Part shown: one piece after another, positions 17,245-26,834 of the stretch | Position numbering within the stretch: the stretch's first letter is position 1 | Layout: every line of letters starts with the position of its first letter | Virus record (IMG/VR): IMGVR_UViG_3300009146_000014 | Location: 1-62,715 of that record | Reading direction: 5' to 3' (one strand) | Length of the DNA stretch: 62,715 nt | Source of the DNA: a virus | Lineage: Duplodnaviria; Caudoviricetes | The notes under the pieces: generated by a model | What the model was told of the DNA's origin: nothing | What the model saw: the letters and a program-made list of their open reading frames with translations, nothing else | The model's database searches: none | Made by a program: the position numbers and the translations under genes

Positions 17245-18807
17245 ATGCCCGTCAGTTTCTCAAACATTCCACAGAATTGGCGCCAGCCGCTTTATTGGGT
17301 GGAAGTGGACCCGAGCATGGCCGGCTATCCGCGCTCGCGTCTCACGTCGTTGCTAATCGGCACGATGCTGCCGAGCGGCACGGCGATTCCCGATGTGCCG
17401 ATTCCGGTGCCGAGCCAAGCCGACGCGCGAGTTCTCTTTGGTCTCGGGTCGATGCTTGACGGCATGGTCGAGAGCTTCACGGAAAACAATTTCGCGCAAG
17501 AGCTTTGGTGCTTGCCGATCGTGGAAGCCGTGGGCGTCAAGGCGTCGGGCGATTTGACGATCACAGCGCCAGCGGAGAAGGCCGGCACATTGCCGCTCTA
17601 TGTCGCCGGGCGTCGCGTGCAAATTTTCATCGAGGCCGGCGAGGGCGTGGAAGTCACGGCGGGCAAGATCGTGAAAGCGATCAATGACGACCCGTCTATG
17701 CCGGTGATTGCGTCGAGCGCTAGCACGGACAGTCCCGTGGCGTCGCTCGAATGCAAGTGGGCGGGCGTCGAGGGCAACGACATTGACGTTCGCCTCGCCT
17801 ACGGTGGATTGCTGGCCGCCGAGAAAGTTCCGTTCGGTCTGCAAATCACAGTGCCGGCCGGCAACAAGTTGGCCGGCGGCACGGGTACGGTGGACATCGA
17901 GCAAGGTCTTATCAATCTGGCCGACGAAATTTATGAATATGTCGCGACCGGGTTCACCGACTCGACGTGTCTTGCGCGGCTAGACCATGAGTATGGCTTT
18001 TCGGATGAGGGCCGGTGGGGATGGCTCCGCCAGCTTTACGGCCACATCTTTGGGGCGCGTCGCGGCGAGCCGATCAACGACCAGACCGGCTATAGCGATT
18101 TGCTGATGTACGGGCCGAACAACAATTCCGGCGTCATTTCGCTGATGGGCATCGAGGCCTATTCGCCGACGCCAACTTGGAATTGGGCGGCAGCGTATGC
18201 GGCCAAGGCGGCGCGTGCTCTGCTCAATGATCCGGCGAGGCCGTTGCAGACGCTTGCCATGGAAGGGTGCTTGCCGGCGCCGAAGCATCAACGCTTTACG
18301 ATCAAGCAATGCAACGACCTCTCGGGCGTCGGCATCGCAACGCAGAGGATCAACGCCAACGGAATCCCGGTGATCGCGCGAGAGTCGACGACGTACCAAA
18401 AGAACCTCTACGGGTTCGGTGATGACGCTTATGAATTGGTGCCGACGCTGGCGACGCTCGCCGCGTTGTTCCGTTCGCAGCGCCACGCCATCACGTCGAA
18501 GTTCCCGAGGCACAAGCTCGCCGATGACGGGACGCGGTTCGGTGCGGGGCAAGCCATCGTCACTCCCAAGATCATCAAAGCGGAGTTGGTGGCGCAGTAT
18601 CGGTTCGATGAATTTTTGGGGCGTGTCGAGAATGCGCAGGCATTCAAGGCGAACCTCATTGTCGAGCGTGATCCTCAAGACCCCAACCGAGTCAACGTGC
18701 TGTATCCGCCCGATCTGATCAACCAACTGCGAATCTTTGCGGTGCTGGCGCAGTTCCGTCTGCAATACAATCGCGGTGTGGATACGGAGATTGCTTCGCT
18801 CGTGTAG
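17245..18807 (+). CDS. Contractile tail sheath protein (Mu gpL-like)
   Basis: FSNIP, FGLGSML, DPARPLQTL, TTYQKN, PDLINQLRIFA. Confidence 0.93.
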   Translation: MPVSFSNIPQNWRQPLYWVEVDPSMAGYPRSRLTSLLIGTMLPSGTAIPDVPIPVPSQADARVLFGLGSMLDGMVESFTENNFAQELWCLPIVEAVGVKASGDLTITAPAEKAGTLPLYVAGRRVQIFIEAGEGVEVTAGKIVKAINDDPSMPVIASSASTDSPVASLECKWAGVEGNDIDVRLAYGGLLAAEKVPFGLQITVPAGNKLAGGTGTVDIEQGLINLADEIYEYVATGFTDSTCLARLDHEYGFSDEGRWGWLRQLYGHIFGARRGEPINDQTGYSDLLMYGPNNNSGVISLMGIEAYSPTPTWNWAAAYAAKAARALLNDPARPLQTLAMEGCLPAPKHQRFTIKQCNDLSGVGIATQRINANGIPVIARESTTYQKNLYGFGDDAYELVPTLATLAALFRSQRHAITSKFPRHKLADDGTRFGAGQAIVTPKIIKAELVAQYRFDEFLGRVENAQAFKANLIVERDPQDPNRVNVLYPPDLINQLRIFAVLAQFRLQYNRGVDTEIASLV

Positions 18808-18898
18808 GTTGACGCGGCACCGGCGGGCGTGGGATGTAGAAGCCGTGCGGATGGGCGCGACAGCCGTCGCGCCCGAACCTCATTTGGAGGAAAAACAA

Positions 18899-19393
18899 AT
18901 GTCCAGACTTGCACTCTGTCTCGTGCTCTCGGAAATCGGGGGTGGTCCCGACATCGACAACAGTTTGCCCGGCGGCGGTTATGGTCCGATCGATCCGGGG
19001 TTCGGCGTTGGTTGGGGCGGTGGCCGTCCCGACAATAGCTTGCCCGGTGCGCCCGGTCGTCCCGACAACAGTCTGCCGGGCCGTCCTCCGCATGTTGGTG
19101 GGCGTCCGCCAGGACAGGGCGTCACTCTCCCGTCGCATCCGATCTTTCGGCCGCCGGCCGGCACCAAGCCGCTGCCTCCGGGCGTGTCTCCCGGCGCCGG
19201 TCTTTGGGTGGTCGCGTACGTTCCCGGCAAGGGCTTCAATTGGGTTTCGGTGAGTCCCGGCGTGCCCGAGAAGCCGCAACCGACGCCTCCGGGCGGCACG
19301 GTGGACAACACGCTGCCGAGTGTGCCGGTTGACCCGGCCGCGCCAACGACGCCGGACAACACGTTGCCGCCAACCGCAACCCCGAAGGCGTAG
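18899..19393 (+). CDS. Pro/Gly-rich protein with DN(S/T)LP repeats
   Basis: GGAGG RBS; five DN(S/T)LP motifs. Confidence 0.7.
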   Translation: MSRLALCLVLSEIGGGPDIDNSLPGGGYGPIDPGFGVGWGGGRPDNSLPGAPGRPDNSLPGRPPHVGGRPPGQGVTLPSHPIFRPPAGTKPLPPGVSPGAGLWVVAYVPGKGFNWVSVSPGVPEKPQPTPPGGTVDNTLPSVPVDPAAPTTPDNTLPPTATPKA

Positions 19394-19426
19394 AAGCGCC
19401 GCGCGAACGATGTGGTGTTGTGATTG

Positions 19427-19457
19427 GGCGCGCGCTTTTTTCGGTGCGCGCCTTTTT
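19427..19457 (+). terminator. Putative intrinsic terminator
   Basis: GGCGCGCGC...GTGCGCGCC stem followed by TTTTT. Confidence 0.55.
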
Positions 19458-19482
19458 CATTTCAGAGAGAGGCGGCGGGACA

Positions 19483-20184
19483 ATGGATGCTTACGGAAAG
19501 ATCGGCAAACCATTTTGGAATGGGCGCCCGGTTGCGATCGTGGCCGGCGGACCGAGCTTGGTGGGGTTCGATTTGGAGCGGCTACGCGGCGCGCATGTGC
19601 TCGCGGTGAAGGGCTCGATATTTGATATCCCGTGGGCAGACGCCGGGTTCGGACTCGATATGCCTCGATATGCGGAGTGGCGTGACAAGCTCGCGAACGT
19701 ACCGACTCGAGTCTATTGGGCGGTGCCGCGCGACCAACTCGCAAAGACCGGACCTCCGCCATCGAAAAACATAACCTTTGTCGAGCGGTTGGATGGGGAG
19801 AACATATCCAGTGACCCAAGCAAGATTTATGGTGGCGGGACGAGCGGGTTTGGCGCGATGCAAATCTGCTTTCATAAACACGCCAAGTCGATCGTCCTCT
19901 TTGGGTTCGACTGCGATGGCGCCTACAAAGCGGACAGCGGATTCCGACACAACGACCAACACTATCAAAAGCGGCGCGCGCAAAACGAGGCCAATTGGGA
20001 AATATGGGCTCGGCACTTTGAGGTCTACGTTCCGTTTCTGAATGAGCACGGAATCACAGTCCTCAATGCGTGTCCGTCGTCGCGCATCACGTGCTTTCAA
20101 AAAGTCACGCTCGATGATGGCGTTCGCGCGCTTGGCATCGGCAAGAGCGAAGGGAGGCGCGCGGAGGCAACCGGCGGGCGGTAG
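19483..20184 (+). CDS. DUF115/MptE-like or sialyltransferase-like Rossmann-fold transferase
   Basis: IVAGGPSL...SGFGA...IVLFGFD...NAC motifs. Confidence 0.65.
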   Translation: MDAYGKIGKPFWNGRPVAIVAGGPSLVGFDLERLRGAHVLAVKGSIFDIPWADAGFGLDMPRYAEWRDKLANVPTRVYWAVPRDQLAKTGPPPSKNITFVERLDGENISSDPSKIYGGGTSGFGAMQICFHKHAKSIVLFGFDCDGAYKADSGFRHNDQHYQKRRAQNEANWEIWARHFEVYVPFLNEHGITVLNACPSSRITCFQKVTLDDGVRALGIGKSEGRRAEATGGR

Positions 20185-20205
20185 CAGCAGAGGGAAGCGG
20201 GACAA

Positions 20206-20928
20206 ATGGAATGCGCAATCTTTCTCGGGTTCGACCCGCGTTCGGCGGAGTCACAAGGGTTTGCCGTGGCGCGGCATTCCATACAATCGCGGTTGAGCAA
20301 GCCGGCGCCGATCTTTGGGCTAGCTCTCTCTGAGTTGCGGGCCGGCGGGCTCTACAAGCGGCCGACGTACAAGCGGGGAAATCGACTATGGGACGGCGTG
20401 AGCGACGCCGGCATGAGTACCGAGTTCGCGATTAGCCGGTTTCTCGTGCCGTACATCGCCGCTCGCGGGCTCGCGCTATTCGCGGACGCTGATGTGATGG
20501 CGCGCGTAGACCTCATGCAGTTGTTCGAGTGCTACGAACCCGGCAAGGCGTGCATGGTCGTCAAGCACGACTATACGCCGAAGGGCGACACGAAAATGCA
20601 GGACCAAGCGCAAGCACCATACGCGCGCAAGAATTGGTCATCGGTGGTGCTCTGGAATTGCGATCATCCAAGCGCCAAGCGTTTAACGCCGGCAGTCGTG
20701 AACGAATCGACGGGCCTTTGGCTGCATCAATTCTCATGGCTCGATGACGACGAAATCGGCGAGCTTGACCCGTGTTGGAATCATCTTGTCGGCGAGCTTC
20801 CACCAAACCCCGATGCCAAGCTCGTGCACTTCACGGAAGGCACGCCGAATATGGACGGCTACGAGAATTGCGAGTTCGCGGACGAGTGGCGCAAAGAGCT
20901 TACGCGGTGGGCGGTGGGGCCGGTGTGA
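20206..20928 (+). CDS. Glycosyltransferase (GT-A)
   Basis: IFLGFDPR, STEFAISRFLVP, DAD (DxD), RKNWSS, WNHL, HFTEGTP. Confidence 0.85.
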   Translation: MECAIFLGFDPRSAESQGFAVARHSIQSRLSKPAPIFGLALSELRAGGLYKRPTYKRGNRLWDGVSDAGMSTEFAISRFLVPYIAARGLALFADADVMARVDLMQLFECYEPGKACMVVKHDYTPKGDTKMQDQAQAPYARKNWSSVVLWNCDHPSAKRLTPAVVNESTGLWLHQFSWLDDDEIGELDPCWNHLVGELPPNPDAKLVHFTEGTPNMDGYENCEFADEWRKELTRWAVGPV

Positions 20929-20965
20929 AATGTAGCGCCCGGCGCGACATTTGGAGGCCGCCAAA

Positions 20966-21949
20966 ATGAAGTTGCTAGTCGTAGGGCCGGACATTCAAGA
21001 CCTCCGCCGCGTAAAGAACTTTACGGGCGCACAGGCTTTCTACATCTGCCGCGAGTTGCGCAAGCGCGGCGTCGGCCTCGTGTTTGTTGACGGCAAGCAT
21101 CCGGACCCGTTGCGCTATCTGGCCGACGTTGACGGGCAAGGCTGTGACCACGTGCTCGCGCTCGGGCTCCGGTGGTTCACGCATCAGCCGATCGGGTGTG
21201 CCTCGATCCTCGCAACCAAAGTGCCGGGCAAGGTCACTCAACTGCATGACGGGCTAGTGCATGAGTGGCTCGCGCCACACATGAAAGGCGTGGATTGCAC
21301 GTTCATGTTTCGCGATGACGCCACGCGCGTCAAAGAGTGGTGGCGGTACTCCGCGACGAATCACTTTATCGGATGGGCGGCGGACCCCGAGATATTTTAC
21401 CCGGCGCAGAAGGCGAACGAATTGCGCATCTTGCTCGATCATCCCTACTACAAATCAGGCACGCCGGATTACACCGAGAGCGTCACGGCCGACGCGCTCA
21501 TGTTCTCTCATACGGGCATATGGAGTTCATATGCGCGGCCATGTGGCTTGCCATATGAGAGAGTTCGCATCCGCCGGCTTATCAACGGCGGCGCAGAGGA
21601 TGTGACGCTTAAAGACCCGTTGGTGCGGAAGTTCGATAGGCAGCACGTGCCGCTTGAGGATATCGCAAGGGAGTACCGAGCGGCGAGCGTCTACGTCGTC
21701 ACGCACAAAGAGTCGGTTGGCCTCACGTGCTTAGAGCTTGCGATGTGCGGAGCGTTGGTGGCCGCGCCGCGCGGGCTCATCTATCAGGACCGACTCGATA
21801 CGATTCGGCATGTGACTTACGATGGCGTGCGCGCGCCATGGGACACGATACTCGCCGAGATTGATGTGCTCGCGTCGGCCAAACTGGCGAAGGCGCAAAC
21901 GTGGTCGCGAGTAGTGGACAGGATGTTGGAATGGTTTGTGAGACAATAG
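20966..21949 (+). CDS. Putative glycosyltransferase (GT-B-like)
   Basis: ESVGLTCLELAMCG matches the EX7E motif; GGAGG RBS. Confidence 0.65.
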   Translation: MKLLVVGPDIQDLRRVKNFTGAQAFYICRELRKRGVGLVFVDGKHPDPLRYLADVDGQGCDHVLALGLRWFTHQPIGCASILATKVPGKVTQLHDGLVHEWLAPHMKGVDCTFMFRDDATRVKEWWRYSATNHFIGWAADPEIFYPAQKANELRILLDHPYYKSGTPDYTESVTADALMFSHTGIWSSYARPCGLPYERVRIRRLINGGAEDVTLKDPLVRKFDRQHVPLEDIAREYRAASVYVVTHKESVGLTCLELAMCGALVAAPRGLIYQDRLDTIRHVTYDGVRAPWDTILAEIDVLASAKLAKAQTWSRVVDRMLEWFVRQ

Positions 21950-22593
21950 TTGCGTGCGTTCGAACGGGGCAGCGCTATCCGTTTGAGTACGTCACGAAAT
22001 TGCAAGGCATGGTGCGCCGGCACTTGAGCAAGCCGCACGCCTTCTATTGCCTCACGGACCAACCGGAGCGATGCGAGGGCGCGACGTTCGTTGATATCAC
22101 GGCGCTCGGGCTTGAAGGATGGTGGGGCAAGCTCGCGCTATTCGAGCCGCAGTGGCGCGCGGACGCGACGGTGGTTTTTTTCGACCTCGATACCGTGTTG
22201 GTCGGAGACATCGCACCATTAGCGGATGTGCCGGGCGAGTTCGCTATTCTGGATAGTCCCGTACGGGCCGGCGGCAATGTGGCTTACCCGTGCCGCTACA
22301 ATTCCAGCGTCATGGTGATAGGCCGGGGCCGGGCCGGGTTCATCTGGACAAAGTTCGATAAGCGGCCGGATTACTACGTTGGCAGGCATCAACGCTACGG
22401 CGACCAAGCCGCGCTTGAGGAAATCGCGCCGCATGCCGCTAGCCTCAACAGGGCGATGCCTACAGGCTTTTTCCTCAATTACAGGCACCTAACCATGCAG
22501 CCGCCGGAACGGGCCTCAGTGGTCAATTTTGGAGGCTCTCACAAGCCGCACAATTGCCCGATTCCGTGGGTGCAGAAAGCGTGGACGGCGTGA
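21931..22593 (+). CDS. Glycosyltransferase (GT-A)
   Basis: YVTKL...FYCLTD, GWWGKLALF, FFDLD, NSSVM, GDQ, KPH. Confidence 0.8.
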   Translation: MVCETIVACVRTGQRYPFEYVTKLQGMVRRHLSKPHAFYCLTDQPERCEGATFVDITALGLEGWWGKLALFEPQWRADATVVFFDLDTVLVGDIAPLADVPGEFAILDSPVRAGGNVAYPCRYNSSVMVIGRGRAGFIWTKFDKRPDYYVGRHQRYGDQAALEEIAPHAASLNRAMPTGFFLNYRHLTMQPPERASVVNFGGSHKPHNCPIPWVQKAWTA

Positions 22594-23234
22594 CCGACCT
22601 ATTGATTGCCGGCGTGCGCGTGCGGATGGTCGCAACCGACGATCGCAATATGCTGCACATGGCAGAGGCGGACGGCTACGAGCCGGACAGTCTGGCGACG
22701 TGGGCAGGCATCGTGCGCGTGGGGCGCACGGCGGTCGATGTGGGCGCCTATACCGGGCTCTACTCGATCATTGCCGCGCTCAAGGGCGCGAACGTGGTCG
22801 CGCTGGAGCCGATGCCGGCACAATACTGGCGATTGGGAATCAATCTCGCGCTCAACAAGGCGCGCGCCAGAACGATTCAGGCGGCGGCGAGTGACGCAGA
22901 GGGCGAGGCGATTCTACATCACAACCCGAACGTCTCTCTCACAACCGGAGCTAGTTTGGTGCCCGGCAACGAGCATCACAGAGAGCACATAAAAATTCAG
23001 TGCATCACAATCGACTCTTTGGTGTTGACGGATGTGGCCGCGATGAAGATTGATGTCGAGAGACACGAACTCGCGGTGCTACGCGGGGCAATGCAAACGA
23101 TAGAGCGCTGCCGTCCGACGATGCTTATCGAGACACTCGATGCGGACATGCGATGTGCGGTAAGCCGGGCGCTGCCGAACTACGAGGCGGCGCACATTCT
23201 CGACAAGAGGAACACGCTTTTCATTCCGAAGTGA
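22590..23234 (+). CDS. FkbM-family SAM methyltransferase
   Basis: DVGAYTG, ALEP, KIDVE.HE..VL.GA, P..LIE. Confidence 0.88.
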   Translation: MTDLLIAGVRVRMVATDDRNMLHMAEADGYEPDSLATWAGIVRVGRTAVDVGAYTGLYSIIAALKGANVVALEPMPAQYWRLGINLALNKARARTIQAAASDAEGEAILHHNPNVSLTTGASLVPGNEHHREHIKIQCITIDSLVLTDVAAMKIDVERHELAVLRGAMQTIERCRPTMLIETLDADMRCAVSRALPNYEAAHILDKRNTLFIPK

Positions 23235-23244
23235 GGGCGAGGCC

Positions 23245-23508
23245 ATGGCACGCAAATCGAAACATCATTCGTCGCGCGAGCAGCCGGCGCAAGCTGTCGT
23301 GCCGGAAAGGAAGGCGGGACCAGAAAAGACGATGGCCGACCCGAAGCCGGAGCCGGCCGAAATCGATCCAACCGACGCAACGCCGGAGCCGACGAACCCA
23401 AGGCCGCCAGATTATTGGCGTTGCGAGTGGTGCGGCCATATCAACGAGTTGAAGGCGACGGCGTGCGCTCAGTGCACGACAGCGAAGAGTCCGGTGCATC
23501 CGGAGTAA
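23245..23508 (+). CDS. Small protein with RanBP2-type zinc finger
   Basis: WRCEWCGHIN.....CAQC. Confidence 0.6.
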   Translation: MARKSKHHSSREQPAQAVVPERKAGPEKTMADPKPEPAEIDPTDATPEPTNPRPPDYWRCEWCGHINELKATACAQCTTAKSPVHPE

Positions 23509-23520
23509 GAGGAGTCCAGC

Positions 23521-23886
23521 ATGCCACAGGGTCCGATTGCAGGAACCGCTTTCCTCAAAGTGGATGGCAATATGTATCCGCTGAAAGGGAATCTGACGGT
23601 CTCGGGTTCGCAGGTCGAGCGCAACGGTATCGCCGGCCAGGACTATGTGCACGGCTTCCAAGAGTTGCCGCGCGTGCCGTACATCGAGGGCGATGTTTCA
23701 ACCGATGCCTCGGTGTCAACGGAGTTCCTCGAAAGCATCGTCAACGCGACAATCACGGCGGAGCTTATCAACGGCCACGTGTACGTGCTCCGCAATGCGT
23801 GGACGAAAGGGCCAATCGAAATCAACACTCACGACGGACAATTTCGCATCCGGTTCGAGGGCGTTGATTGCGACGAAATCACGTAG
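23521..23886 (+). CDS. Tail tube protein (Mu gpM-like)
   Basis: IAGTAFLKVDG, VHGFQE, TITAELING, FEG. Confidence 0.88.
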   Translation: MPQGPIAGTAFLKVDGNMYPLKGNLTVSGSQVERNGIAGQDYVHGFQELPRVPYIEGDVSTDASVSTEFLESIVNATITAELINGHVYVLRNAWTKGPIEINTHDGQFRIRFEGVDCDEIT

Positions 23887-23917
23887 CAGCGCACGATAGA
23901 CGAGGCGGAGGCGGACC

Positions 23918-24304
23918 ATGCTTGACACTCCCGACGCGACCAAGGAAGCGGCGACCAAGAGACCAACGGAAGCCGCAACGGAGCCGCCTCCGCCGAAGCG
24001 GCTCAAAGAGGTTCTGATTACGCTCGTGGCGCCGATCAAGTTCGGCGATGAAGAAATCAAAGAACTGAAATTCCGCCGGCCAACAGGCGGAGACATCATG
24101 GCCATGTCGGGCGGCTATCCGATCCTGATCAATTGGGAGACCGGCGGCATCGTGCCGAACCCGCCCGTGATGGGCGAGATGATGAGTCGACTCGCGGCGC
24201 AACCGCCGTCGCTTATCAAAATGCTCGATGCGGAGGATTGGTCTACGTGCGCACACGCGCTGATGGGTTTTTTTCCACCGGGCGCGCAGGTGATGCAATA
24301 CTGA
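23918..24304 (+). CDS. Tail assembly chaperone (Mu gp41-like)
   Basis: L..PI......EL.FRRPTG.D...LDAEDW; ends near GFF. Confidence 0.8.
   Translation: MLDTPDATKEAATKRPTEAATEPPPPKRLKEVLITLVAPIKFGDEEIKELKFRRPTGGDIMAMSGGYPILINWETGGIVPNPPVMGEMMSRLAAQPPSLIKMLDAEDWSTCAHALMGFFPPGAQVMQY
24265..24274 (+). other. Programmed -1 frameshift site G-GGT-TTT-TTT extending the chaperone to 24429
   Basis: Canonical XXXYYYZ heptamer in frame; the -1 frame stays open to 24429, just before the next gene. Confidence 0.7.
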
Positions 24305-24428
24305 TCTGCTACAAGCTCGCGCGCCTTTTCAATGTCGCGCCGATGGTGTTTCTGGAGTTGCCACTCGATGAGCTAAAGCAGCATTGGTATTGGTCGAACA
24401 AGATGTTGGCGGCGACATCTAGGGGTTG

Positions 24429-26831
24429 ATGATGGCCGACGACGTTCTACGGATACCAATCCAAGTCGATAGCAAGGCGGCGATTGAGCAGGCTCGGCGC
24501 ATCCAGGCCGAGTGGCGCGCGACGGCCGAGAAATTCCGCGAGACGAACGAGCGGACAACCAACAGCGTCAAAGCCTCACAAGAGAACGTGCGGCGCTACG
24601 GTAGCTCGATGAACGAGGCGAGTAGCGCGCTCGTTGGGTTCGGCGCGGCGTGGGGCGTGTTCGCGCAAGGCATCATTGCACTTTTGGGGAAGGTCAAAGA
24701 GCAGACGGTTGACGTTGCGGCGGCGTTGGGCACGCTCCGCGTAGAGGCGCGCGCCATTGGCGTAAGCGAGAGAGAGCTACGCGGGATATCCCATGGCTTT
24801 GCGCTACTCGGTTTCCAGACCGCAGAGTCGGAGCAAATACTCAAGAACTTTGCCGGGGCGATGGACGACCTCGCCGTGCGCGGGCCGGTGTGGCACAAGC
24901 TCGCCGATTTCGGCGGGTCGCGGATTGCGCAGATGTTGGCGGACGCCAAGACGCGCACCGAGCAACTAGAGATAGCCCATCGCGAGGCGCAGAAGCTTTC
25001 AGAGGAAGGCAAGCGCGAACTGGCGCGCACATTGAGAGTCCCGGAAGCGACGTTTATGGGCGATGCGCCTTGGCGCAAATCAGTGGAAGGGGAGAGGGAC
25101 TATCCAGCCGAATCGCTGAAAAGACAGGAGCGGTTGCGCGAGAATTTGGTGCGGCTGCGTAGGCTGTCGCGGCAGGCGCAAGAGCGCGCGGCCATCGAGA
25201 GTCAGCGAAAGTTTTTCGAGCAACAGAAAAAGCAAGAGGATGACGCGGAGCGAAACGCGCCGACACTGCTAAAGCGCATGTCGTACGGAGGGCGCGCGGA
25301 AGTGGGCGGAGACGAGCGCGCGGTTCGCATCATGCGCGAGGGCGTCTTTCAGGGCATGCGGGATTTTAAGAGTTGGATGAGCGGCGAGGGCGGCGGCGTT
25401 ACGCGGACCTCGTTGAACACCGGAGGCGGCGGCGGGCCATCGGGGAGTCAGTTGGGCGGCGGTTCGGTTGGCGGCGGCACAGGCGGCGGCACGGGCGGCG
25501 GCACGGGCTCGGGCACCGGCACAGGCGGCGGACAGGGTGTTGCCGGGCAAGGGGCGCAGCCGGGCGCGACGGTGCACGGTGTCCCGGTCACGGGGGCGGA
25601 CGCGCTCAAAGGCAAAAAGCTATTCGAGCCAATGACGGGTTGGATGGGCGGAGGCGTCGGCGGGCATAGCGCGAAGTTCGGTCCCGGCCATCACATGGGC
25701 GTGGATATCATGGGGCCGCAAGGCTCCGACGTGTTCGCCACGCAAGACGGCACGGTTGTCAAAGCTCCGGTGCCCGGCGGCGGCAACGACCAAACGCTAA
25801 CGGTCAAGCATCCGGACGGCACCTATAGCCGGTATCTGCATCAGAGACCGGGCAACGTGAAGCCCGGCGATGCCGTGACGGGCGGACAAGTGATCGGCAA
25901 GAGCGGTTTTCGCAACGCGCCGCATACTCATTTCGAGATGTGGCAAGGTGCACCGGGCGAGCGCGGTTCGAAGCTTATGAACCCGAAAGCCATTTTCGGG
26001 TGGGACAAAAACAATCCGGCAGTCGGCGGACGTGAGGTCACTGTGGGCGAGCCGGCGCCGGGTGCGCCGGCCACGACAACGGTGCCGGGTGCGCCGGGCA
26101 CAACGTCAGTGGCGCCGGGCGTGACGGGGCCGGGCTCGTTGACAGAGCAGCGCGAGAGACTCTCGCAGGAATTGGACAGAGACCCGGCGCTAAAGCAACG
26201 CTTGCAGGGATTGGTGCACGCGGAAGTCAGCGACCAGAAAGACCCGACAGCAAAGAAGGCGTTTACAGAGGGCGTGTTCAATCGCGCGATGTCGCGCAAC
26301 ACGACGCTCCGCCAGCAAATCTATCATCCGTCCTATTATCCAGGCATCACGCATCGCAAGGCGGCGGGCGGCGGGCCGGCAATGGACGAAACGCTCGCGG
26401 AGGTTCGCGCGGGCTCGAATATCACGAACTACTCGACAGGCAACGCGAGCGGCACTGTCGGCGTGGGGCAAAACACTTACACGACGGGCGGCGGCGAGCG
26501 CGGCTATCGCGGGCCGATGGAGCGCTATGGCATCGAGACGCCGGATGCGAAATGGGCCGCAAGGCAGCGCGCGACCGACGAACGGCTGAAGCGCGAAAAT
26601 GTGGACAGGGAGTTGAGCGCGCAAGCCGAGGCGCGAGCGCAACGCGGAACGGTTGATGTCACCGTAGACTCGAACGGCACGCAAGCGCAGACGCGCGCCA
26701 AGTCGGACGGAATTTTCAAAGAGCAAACCGTGCGGCAGAACAAGGGGCCGGCGGCGCGCATGGCACAATCAAAGACGGCGGCGCCGAAAGCCGCGCCGAA
26801 AGCAGAGAAGCAAGTGGAGACGGTGGACTAG
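24429..26831 (+). CDS. Tape-measure-like protein 1 with M23 peptidase and possible SleB/Hydrolase_2-like domain
   Basis: Helical N-terminus; HMGVD (HxxxD) and HTH (HxH) M23 motifs; later LVHAE...VFNR segment. Confidence 0.72.
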   Translation: MMADDVLRIPIQVDSKAAIEQARRIQAEWRATAEKFRETNERTTNSVKASQENVRRYGSSMNEASSALVGFGAAWGVFAQGIIALLGKVKEQTVDVAAALGTLRVEARAIGVSERELRGISHGFALLGFQTAESEQILKNFAGAMDDLAVRGPVWHKLADFGGSRIAQMLADAKTRTEQLEIAHREAQKLSEEGKRELARTLRVPEATFMGDAPWRKSVEGERDYPAESLKRQERLRENLVRLRRLSRQAQERAAIESQRKFFEQQKKQEDDAERNAPTLLKRMSYGGRAEVGGDERAVRIMREGVFQGMRDFKSWMSGEGGGVTRTSLNTGGGGGPSGSQLGGGSVGGGTGGGTGGGTGSGTGTGGGQGVAGQGAQPGATVHGVPVTGADALKGKKLFEPMTGWMGGGVGGHSAKFGPGHHMGVDIMGPQGSDVFATQDGTVVKAPVPGGGNDQTLTVKHPDGTYSRYLHQRPGNVKPGDAVTGGQVIGKSGFRNAPHTHFEMWQGAPGERGSKLMNPKAIFGWDKNNPAVGGREVTVGEPAPGAPATTTVPGAPGTTSVAPGVTGPGSLTEQRERLSQELDRDPALKQRLQGLVHAEVSDQKDPTAKKAFTEGVFNRAMSRNTTLRQQIYHPSYYPGITHRKAAGGGPAMDETLAEVRAGSNITNYSTGNASGTVGVGQNTYTTGGGERGYRGPMERYGIETPDAKWAARQRATDERLKRENVDRELSAQAEARAQRGTVDVTVDSNGTQAQTRAKSDGIFKEQTVRQNKGPAARMAQSKTAAPKAAPKAEKQVETVD

Positions 26832-26834
26832 GCG

